Source: Octopus vulgaris (lineage: Eukaryota). Taken from it: a stretch of DNA of 64,000 nucleotides. Both the position numbers and the translations under genes were made by a program. Positions 54,939 to 64,000 of the stretch are shown piece by piece. Within the stretch, counting starts at the first letter, position 1. The number at the start of each line of letters is the position of its first letter. The DNA is taken from the NCBI GenBank assembly GCA_951406725.2, contig OX597814.1, positions 220,782,001-220,846,000 of the forward strand, read 5' to 3'. A model generated the notes under the pieces. It did no database searches and was not told the DNA's origin. It saw only the letters and a list, made by a program, of their open reading frames with translations.

Positions 54939-55368
54939 TATATCTTCTTTTGCTTGCTTCGGTCATTGGATTGTATGTTATAAATATGTTTTTATACTAT
55001 ATTTATACACACTTATTTATATATGTATAGATTAAATACATGTACTTGTATAAACCTGTATATACATTTGTACACACATTCACTCTCACGCTGCCAAACA
55101 CGCATACACTCCCACCCCACACACAAAATGCATTCATCATTACTATTTTATTCACTTTCATGGAATAATATATCTTTCAAAATTCGTTCAATCATTAAAG
55201 GCAAAATTCTATACTAAAGCCGACGCACTGTAACGTATCTGTGCACACTCACCACTGTGCACTCACCACTGTGTTGTGACACCACCAAGTTTTGCTTCTG
55301 CTTTTATTCGTCTGTATTCCATGCCCTCTGGAAACTCAACGCATAGGATTCTGTGTGAATAGCTTTAC

Positions 55369-55426
<58 letters not shown>

Positions 55427-55549
55427 TGAAAAGTAGAGAATTTTTTGTTGCTCTAGCAGGAAAACATTGGCCACTTACTGAATTAAACGTCGAATACCTT
55501 GCATAAAATTAACACTTTTACGACGGATTTTAGTATCATATATTCTATT

Positions 55550-55748
55550 AGTTGTTTCAGTCATTTGGATGCGTTCATGCTGGAGCGCTGCCTTTAGTCG
55601 AAACGATTGACCTCAGGACTTATTCTACCGGTGTCTTTCGCCGAACTGCTAGGTTACGGGGACGTAAAAACACAAACATCAGCGATGGTGGGCGGACAAA
55701 CACAGACACATAAACATATATATATATATATGTGTGTATGTATGTGTG

Positions 55749-55816
<68 letters not shown>

Positions 55817-55830
55817 GACGGGCTTTTTCA
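55550..55830 (-). mobile_element. SINE family 2, truncated by a LINE fragment
   Basis: Homology to intact copies. Confidence 0.7.
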
Positions 55831-55833
55831 GAG

Positions 55834-57600
55834 ATGGAACATGAACCAGCTGGAAGTTGCGCATCAGCCACGATGAAGGGATTAACTACCAGCGTCCAGG
55901 AGGTGCAGAAGGTCACGATGGAGCCCGGAAGGTGGAAGAAGTGCAGTGGAATGATAGAGGGGAAGGAGCCAGTTCGAGGCTGACTCAACCGGAGGAATTG
56001 ACGTCCTTTAGAAGGATGCAGATTGCCCCTATGGAGGTAGTGGAGCAGTGCCTCGAGGACATGGGGAGGCTTACCACGTTTTATACGCATGGAAGGAAGT
56101 ACGATACAGTGGGAGTAAGGTGTGGCAACGAAGAGGACGCAATAAAACCACTCTACTGTACCGATAGGGACACGGGTGGGTGCTTCTGCCGACTTACTGT
56201 GGCGGGTGCGTCACCAGAGTGGGAATTGGCAGAGTGCCCCACGAGATTGGGGAAGCATGGCTGGTGGCAGCAGCAATGCACGGAATAGAAGATGAAGTTA
56301 GAATCTTGAAGATTGCGAGAGCCAGAGGGGTTATTTGGTGGAGGTGTGGCCTCGAGATGGCCATACAAGTGAGCTTCAACTCTTGTAGGAGATCACAGAG
56401 GAGATTATTCTACCAGAAGATGTAAGACTAAGAGTGGTGGTGGACGGTAGACCACCAACATGTGGTGAAAAGGGGCACTTGAAAACAAGGTGCCCCCCGA
56501 AAGAAAACAGAGGAGGAGCAGAAGCTACAGAGTGAAGAACAGAGTACCGAAGTTGTGGTGCTGGAAGGAGAGAAAAATAGAGAGGGGGTATCATTCACTC
56601 GTGAATAAGAGGAATAGGAAAGAGCGGGTGAGCTCTCCGTCAGAGAGCCAGAAAAAGATGAAGGAGATAGAGATGGAGGAGAAAAGGAACAGGTTCGATC
56701 CACCAGCAGAATCAACAATAGAAGGTAGCGTGGAAGCAAAAACATCATTGCAACAAGATGTGGAAGGTTTAGACATTACTCTCTCTCTTTTACTCTCTCT
56801 CTCTCTCTCTCTTTTACTCTTTTACTTGTTTCAGTCATTTGACTGCGGCCATGCTGGAGCACCGCCTTTTTTAGTCGAGCAAATCGACCCCGGGACTTAT
56901 TCTTTGTAAGCCCAGTACTTATTCTATCGGTCTCTTTGCCGAACCGCTAAGTGACGGGGACGTAAACACACCAGCATCGGTTGTCAAGCAATGCTAGGGG
57001 GACAAACACAGACACACAAACATATACACACACACACTTATATATATATATACATATATACGACAGGCTTCTTTCAGTTTCCGTCTACCAAATCCACTCA
57101 CAAGGCATTGGTCGACCCGGGGCTATAGCAGAAGACACTTGCCCAAGATGCCACGCAGTGGGACTGAACCCGGAACCATGTGGCTGGTTAGCAAGCTACT
57201 TACCACACAGCCACTCCTGCGCCTATACATTGAGAATTATTTTAGTGCACTAAGAGAGGAACCAAGTGGCATAATTCGCTGGGACAGTCCAGGTCCGTCG
57301 CTGAAGCAAACGAATGTTAAAAAGGGAAAAAAACAAGTGACATATGGTCACAGACATTAAAAGCACGGCAAAAGAGCGGAAGATTACAAAATTTAAATCT
57401 GTCACAAGAATAAGGTTGCCATCGGAGAAATATTCTGAACACGTTAAGGGAATGATTATTGACAATGGAGAGATAGGGGAAACTGAAAGAACTGTTCGGA
57501 AGTAGTGTAGACCCTTTAGGGGTTGAAATTGAATTCGACGAGTTACCATCGGTCGTGGAGTACGAGGATTTGAAACCCTTGAAGAACTGTAGAAAAGAGA
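55834..57600 (+). pseudogene. Degenerate L1/Tx1-like LINE ORF1 (zinc knuckle), interrupted by a SINE2
   Basis: Purine-rich coding-like sequence: LLPTYCG..VTRV.IGRVP.EI...WL ... RLRVVVDGRPPTC..GEKGHLKTRCP, frameshifted. Confidence 0.55.
56778..57225 (-). mobile_element. SINE family 2, full length
   Basis: Near-identical to 59958-60385 and 63497-63905. Confidence 0.9.
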
Positions 57601-57610
57601 GTAACTAAAA

Positions 57611-58754
57611 TCTATATATATAAAACTGTAGTTGTGTGAGTGTCTGTCCCCTTCGATTTAGATTCCTAACTACTCCCACATTTTGCGGTGCAGTTTAACT
57701 AAATTCGGGTATCTTATAGTCGTGATTCATATCGAGCCCGTCTGAGTATTAGCGCGCGTCTACGATGAGTCTACGATTTTAAAAATAATTTAACATCATT
57801 TTTTATTCCATTTTAATGCATAATTTTTCGTGTGTCGATGGCGGCGGAGTTGGCGTCCATGGTCACACCCGCAGCTGTTTGCTTCTCCCCCTTCTTCCCT
57901 CCCTCGTGAAGCTGTGGAGAAGGGAGTGTAAGGAAATCAACGTCGTAAAGCGTTGTCAAGGAGACCAGCGTTCTTTTAGAACAACGACTTCATGGCTTCA
58001 TGACTTCATGACTTCATGGCGTTTTGTGAAAATAGTCGTAGAAGTCGCTGAGAAGAGATATTGTTTGTTACGTGCTGTTTCTGATTTATATTTGTATTGT
58101 TAGATGTGAAATCGTGTGTTGGAACAGATATCGTTATATTTCGGCATGGTCATTTTTTTCTAGCCAAATAAACACACACACACACTATATATTCGTTCTT
58201 CACTTGTTTATCGTTGTTGCTATTTTATGTCCATTGTCTGGAAATCAGAACAGAAGGTGACACGTGTGATGGGGAGTCGCTGAAGAGGTCACAGGATATG
58301 TGATGGAAGATTTCCTGATAATGGATATAAAATAACAGCATTAAACAAGTAAAATGCCAATATATAATGCGTGTTTATTTGGAAAGAAAAAAATGACCGT
58401 CCAGAAATATAACAATAACGTGTGTGTGTGTATCTTATATATATAAATATAAATACATATCTTTATATATAAAAGTCAAGTTGTGTGTCTGTCTCCTACG
58501 ATTTAGATTCCTAACTACTCCCACATTTTGCGGTGCAGTTTAACCAAAACAGGGTATCTTATAGTCGTTATTCATATCGAGCCCTTCTGGGTATTAGCGC
58601 GCGTCTACGATGAGTCTACGATTTAAAAAAAAATTACCATAATTTTTTTTCCATTTTTAATGCATTTTTTGCTACTTTTTGGCTATAACTCTCTAAAAAT
58701 GCTTATATAGTTATTTCCCTTACAAACCCGAGCAACGCCGGGCGATACTGCTAG
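57611..58754 (+). mobile_element. Composite Helitron: head C (57611) + extra sequence + complete head-A element (58460-58754)
   Basis: Two A|TC starts and a single hairpin-CTAG|T terminus. Confidence 0.8.
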
Positions 58755-58786
58755 TACGTTATAAATATATCTTATATATATATGTA

Positions 58787-58831
<45 letters not shown>

Positions 58832-58834
<3 letters not shown>

Positions 58835-59204
58835 AAATTCAACTTACGTTGAAAGTCAACCAACAAAGATGGCTTCAGAAGCGTTGAGGTGTATTGAAAG
58901 ATAAAGATAAGGAAATAACTTTATCTTCAAACGCAGATTAATGCTAATAATATAGCATGAACAGGATAAACTAGCCATACTTTGCAGAAAAATCTTTCTG
59001 CGGCCAGCCATGAGACTCGAACTCAGAAGAATTTGTCGCTGAGCAGTTTAACTTAATGGTAAAGCACTTGACGCATAATCACAGGGATGTGAGTTAGAGC
59101 CTCATGATTGACCGCCGACAGAGTTTTCTGCAAAATATGAATAGTTTATCCTGTTCATACTATATTATTAGCATTATCCAACGTTTGACAATAAAATTAT
59201 TTTC
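58832..59204. mobile_element. Fold-back element in (TA)n with a central tRNA-like head
   Basis: Arms 58911-59025 / 59090-59204; tRNA-like sequence at 59041-59113. Confidence 0.65.
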
Positions 59205-59563
59205 TATATATATATATATATATATATAAATACACGCATACATGCTCATACATATATGTATACTTACACATACACGTATGTGTGTCTTTATGTCTGAGTT
59301 TGGTTTTACAAATGTAAAGGAAGTCAATAATCAAAACATACTATTTTCATACTTATGTATTTTTATACACAAACATACACATATGTACATTCATATATAT
59401 ATTCATGTATGTTCGTATATATATATATAAATAATTATATATACAGTACTCATAAATATACACATACATGCATATATACACACACGCGCACACAAACACA
59501 CACAATCAGGTACACACACCCGTACACACACGTACACACACGTACACATACACACATACATAC

Positions 59564-59601
<38 letters not shown>

Positions 59602-59957
59602 GTATATATATATATATACTTGAGAGAACGACACTGGAATTCACGAGAATCCTTGTTTTTCACTACGATCGTTTCGACCTATCATGCATCGATACCTCGC
59701 GGGTGAGATGTTGTACAAAAGTTGTGGCACATTGTAGGTGCGAATGTGTGTTATGAAGCGACTCTTCAAGAGGTACTTCGTTTTCCATTCTCCAGTTCCT
59801 CGAGTAGATGAGTAGCACACTTCAATTAACAAAATGCATTCTGATAGATAGTGAAACAGAGACTGAAAAACGCGGTACTTTTTGACAAGTCACCTGATAA
59901 AAGACATTTGCGCTGTCGAAAAACCGTGTCACGATGGGTGGAAACGGTTGTAGGAAT

Positions 59958-60385
59958 TACTCTTTTACTCTTTACTCTTTTACTCTTTTACTTGTTTCAG
60001 TCATTTGACTGCGGCCATGCTGGAGCACCGCCTTTAGTCGAGCAAATCGACCCCGGGATTTATTCTTTGTAAGCCCAGTACTTCTTCTATCGGTCTCTTT
60101 TGCCGAACCGCTAAGTGACGGGGACGTAAACACACCAGCATCGGTTGTCAAGCAATGCTAGGGGGACAAACACAGACACACAAACACACACACATATATA
60201 TATATATATATACATATATACGACAGGCTTCTTTCAGTTTCCGTCTACCAAATCCACTCACAAGGCATTGGTCAGCCCGGGGCTATAACAGAAGACACTT
60301 GCCCAAGATGCCACACAGTGGGACTGAACCCGGAACCATGTGGTTGGTTAGCAAGCTACTTACCACACAGCCACTCCTGCACCTA
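59958..60385 (-). mobile_element. SINE family 2, full length
   Basis: Homology to other copies. Confidence 0.9.
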
Positions 60386-60719
60386 TGATGAAGAGTTTCG
60401 TGAATTACACTTCTTTCTCTCATATTTTTCTAAGTTCTACGGGGACGAAGGAATTCCTGAAGTAAATCTAGTGACATATGCTTCCATACTGTAGATGACG
60501 CCAGATAGCCGAATGCTGGAATCGGGCTTTAACCAGCATACAACTACCATACAACAAAGTGTAGACCAGAATATAAAACTGTATACACACACGCGCAAAC
60601 AAACAACACGCACACACATACATAATATATATACATTTCTATTTTATTTCCTTTTCTTTTTGTTTTATTGTAGTTATTTAATATTTACATACTGTGTATA
60701 TTCATCTATGTGTATTCAT

Positions 60720-61093
60720 GTGGAGGTGCAATGGCCCAGTGGTTAGGGCAGCGGACTCGCGGTTTCGATTCCCAGACCCGGCATTGTGAGTGTTTATTGA
60801 GCGAAAACACCTAAAAGCTCCACGAGGCTCCGGCAGGGGCGGGGTGGTGAACCCTGCTGTACTCTTTCACCACAACTTTCTCTCGCTCTTTCTTCCTGTT
60901 TCTCTTGTACCTGTATTTCAAAGGACCAGCCTTGTCACACTCTGTGTCACGCTGAATCTCCTCGAGAACTACGTTAAGGGGTACACGTGTCTATGGAGTG
61001 CTCAGCCACTTGCACGTTAATATCACGAGCAGGCTGTTCCGTTGATTCGTATCAGCTGGGACCCTCATCGTCGCAACCGACGGAGTGCTCCTA
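60720..61093 (+). mobile_element. SINE family 1
   Basis: 13-bp TSD TATGTGTATTCAT at 60707-60719 and 61094-61106. Confidence 0.9.
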
Positions 61094-61709
61094 TATGTGT
61101 ATTCATACTTGTATCTCTCTGCATTTGTATATGAAAGTGTGTACGTGTGCATGTGTCTGCATGTATGTATATTTGTCTATATGATTATGCTGATACATCT
61201 GCATGTGTCTATCTATATGTATATCGCTATATAGACATGCGCGTTCATATACGCAGCTGTATGCACAGACGTACATCTATGAGTATATATACTTAGCTAC
61301 AGTATCACACGTGCGTGTACACAAACACATTCATCTATTTACGTATATTATAACGGTTCTGAGTGCGTGCTTGCGTATGAATGTATATATTAGAAGATAG
61401 TTACGTATGTATGTATGCATGTATTTGCATACATGTAAGCTTTTGGTTATATAGCATATCTATAAGTTTTTGAAATTCTTTGATCCCATCGCTGCAGCGC
61501 TAACTTTTGAGGTGGTTCGAGATAGTTTCTTTGACTTCTTGTATGAATGAATGTATGTATGTATGTATGTATGTATGTATGTATGTATGTATGTATGTAT
61601 GTATGTATGTATGTATGTATGTATGTATGTATGTATGTATGTATGTCGGTATGTATGTATGTATGTATGTCGGTATGTATGTATATAAGTAGGTCGGTAT
61701 GTCTATATA

Positions 61710-61764
<55 letters not shown>

Positions 61765-61925
61765 ACGTATGTATATATATACATGTATATATATATGTAA
61801 ATATATATATATATATATACATAAATTTATATACATATATATACATGTATATATATATATGTATATATATGTATATATATATACAAATATATATACATAT
61901 ATATATATACATATATATATATATG

Positions 61926-61960
<35 letters not shown>

Positions 61961-62147
61961 GAATGTGTATATGCATCCAGTGTATCTATTTAGTTTAGTA
62001 TTCATCTATCCTGTTCTGGCTGACTTCAAACCCCGTCAGAAACATACTGGGGTGGATCCAATCCGCTATCTATCCCTTTGAAAACAGTGACATCGTACGA
62101 ACATAACAAATCAATTGAATAGTTCATCTACTGTTTATAGCTGCTCG

Positions 62148-62185
<38 letters not shown>

Positions 62186-63340
62186 GTAATAAAAATTCAC
62201 CGTTAGAGTTTGTGAATCAGCGAACATGGGTCTTATGAGATGTGAACCAGTGAATCCTCAAGTTATAAATCTAACACTCTATGAACTCGAACAACTATAA
62301 TTCACTTAACAAACAGGTATCATAAAACAAGGTCTCTATGAATAATCGTTGTCCGTAGAATGGAAATGAAATCAATGAAAAAAAAACTGTTAAAAAAGAA
62401 ATTTTCATTCAATTTATGTTTCATAGAAATGTGCTTCGTTTCTCTGTTGTGTTGATTGCTTCTCTCAAATTAAAATAGTATCTGTGTTCGACCTATATCT
62501 GTAGAAGACAAACTGGTTTTTCATCAGCAATATTACACGGACACCACGTTAACTTTATCAATATGAAATTATATGTCTGAAAGCAGAGACATATTGCAAT
62601 AGAACGATAGACTTAGAAATGAGTAATATTGAAAGTCATGTTCGATAGTAGAACAGACGGATCAGAAGACTGATTAATATGTTAAATAAAAGATTTAAAG
62701 GTAAAGACAAGCAAGATTAAGTTTCTGATAACAACGTTGTATTTGCAATCTTAATTATTAGTTTATTGATTTATAATGAAGCAGGAATTACTTTGTTCGA
62801 TTTTTCATGTTCCAAGAAAATTGCTAACGATATCAATAGAAATTGATTGGCTGAGCTTTAAAATACCTGTATACTCTAATTTCCTAAAATTTCTAACAAT
62901 TCGTCATTAGAATAGTTTATTGAGAATAGAAACGTTTTTAGTATTTTTAAAACACTTGTATTTTTAAAATACTTGTATTTTACTCTAAAGTCACTAAATA
63001 TTTCGGTTAGCTTCCTCGAAAGAGGTGATTATTAGGGTTGTGTTTTGTTTAAGGTAAAGATGCTAAAACTCCGAATAACCAGTGATGCCTGTAGACTGAA
63101 GAACAGTAGCTGAGTGAGGGCTGGGGTTCTTAGTCATCAGAGTGATAATAGATTTGTGGCCTTCCTTGATTCACTGTGTTCCCATATTCTGTACACTATG
63201 TATACATTTTTAAAAATCTCATCTTTCCTTCCTCTCATCATTTTGAAATGAAACGTCCACACAAATCTTATTCGTCCCTCTAATTCTCCCCCCCCATCAG
63301 ATGTCCATATAGCAATTAAAAGAACTAATCATCATTAGTA

Positions 63341-63955
63341 TTATTGGTTTCAAATTTTGACAGAAGGCCTGAAATTACGAAGGAAAGGGTAAGTCGATTA
63401 CATCGACCCCAGTGATCAACTGATACCTTTTTTTATCGACCACGAAAGGACGAAAAGCAAAGACGGCCTCGATAGCATTTGAACTCTGAATATAAACTCT
63501 CTCTCTCTTTTACTCTTTTACTTGTTTCAGTCATTTGACTGCGGCCATGCTGGAGCACCGCCTTTAATCGAGCAGCTCGACCCCGGGACTTATTCTTTGT
63601 AAGCCCAGTACTTATTCTATCGGTCTCTTTTGCCGAACCGCTAAGTGACGGGGGACATAAACACACCAGCATCGGTTGTCAAGCAATGCTAGGGGGACAA
63701 ACACAGACACACAAACATACACGAACACATATATATATATATACATATATACGACAGGCTTCTTTCAGTTTCCGTCTACCAAATCCACTCACAAGGCTTT
63801 GGTCGGCCCGAGGCTATAGTAGAAGACACTTGCCCAAGGTACCACGCAGTGGGACTGAACCCGGAACCATGTGGTTGGTTAGCAAGCTACTTACCACACA
63901 GCCACGCTGCTAAGCATTTTATATTGTGCTAACGATTCTGCCAGCTTGCTGCTTC
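63341..63955 (-). mobile_element. SINE family 3 interrupted by a SINE family 2 copy (63497-63905)
   Basis: SINE3 core at 63341-63496 and head at 63906-63955 flank a SINE2. Confidence 0.8.
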
Positions 63956-64000
63956 CATTGTCATTATTATTATTATTATCATTATTATTATTATTATTAT

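Noticed and set aside
62215-62310. Another possible tRNA-like head next to (TA)n
   Set aside because: Too degenerate to establish A/B boxes or a fold.

Overview
This is AT-rich, microsatellite-saturated eukaryotic DNA. The repeat repertoire suggests a cephalopod, probably Octopus; that is inference, not verified. No intact host gene is recognisable, and nearly all ORF-track entries are microsatellite translations. The window is a nested mosaic of transposon remnants: three tRNA-derived SINE families; non-autonomous Helitrons (A|TC...hairpin-CTAG|T) with shuffled heads and tails; Chapaev3, mariner, maT (DD37D), Tc1 and hAT transposase relics; a Gypsy integrase plus LTR; R4/Dong-type REL LINEs abutting (TACA)n; a CR1-like 3' end; an L1/Tx1-like ORF1; and a Penelope-like RT/GIY-YIG fragment. 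The most notable signal is a set of short non-coding elements inserted in or next to (TA)n runs, several of them fold-backs, carrying minimal type-I hammerhead ribozyme motifs. The best is a ~600-bp palindrome (30839-31444) with an intact hammerhead on each strand. Weak splice signals and a SINE strand bias suggest the window may be intronic sequence of a + strand gene starting near 0.7-1.2 kb.
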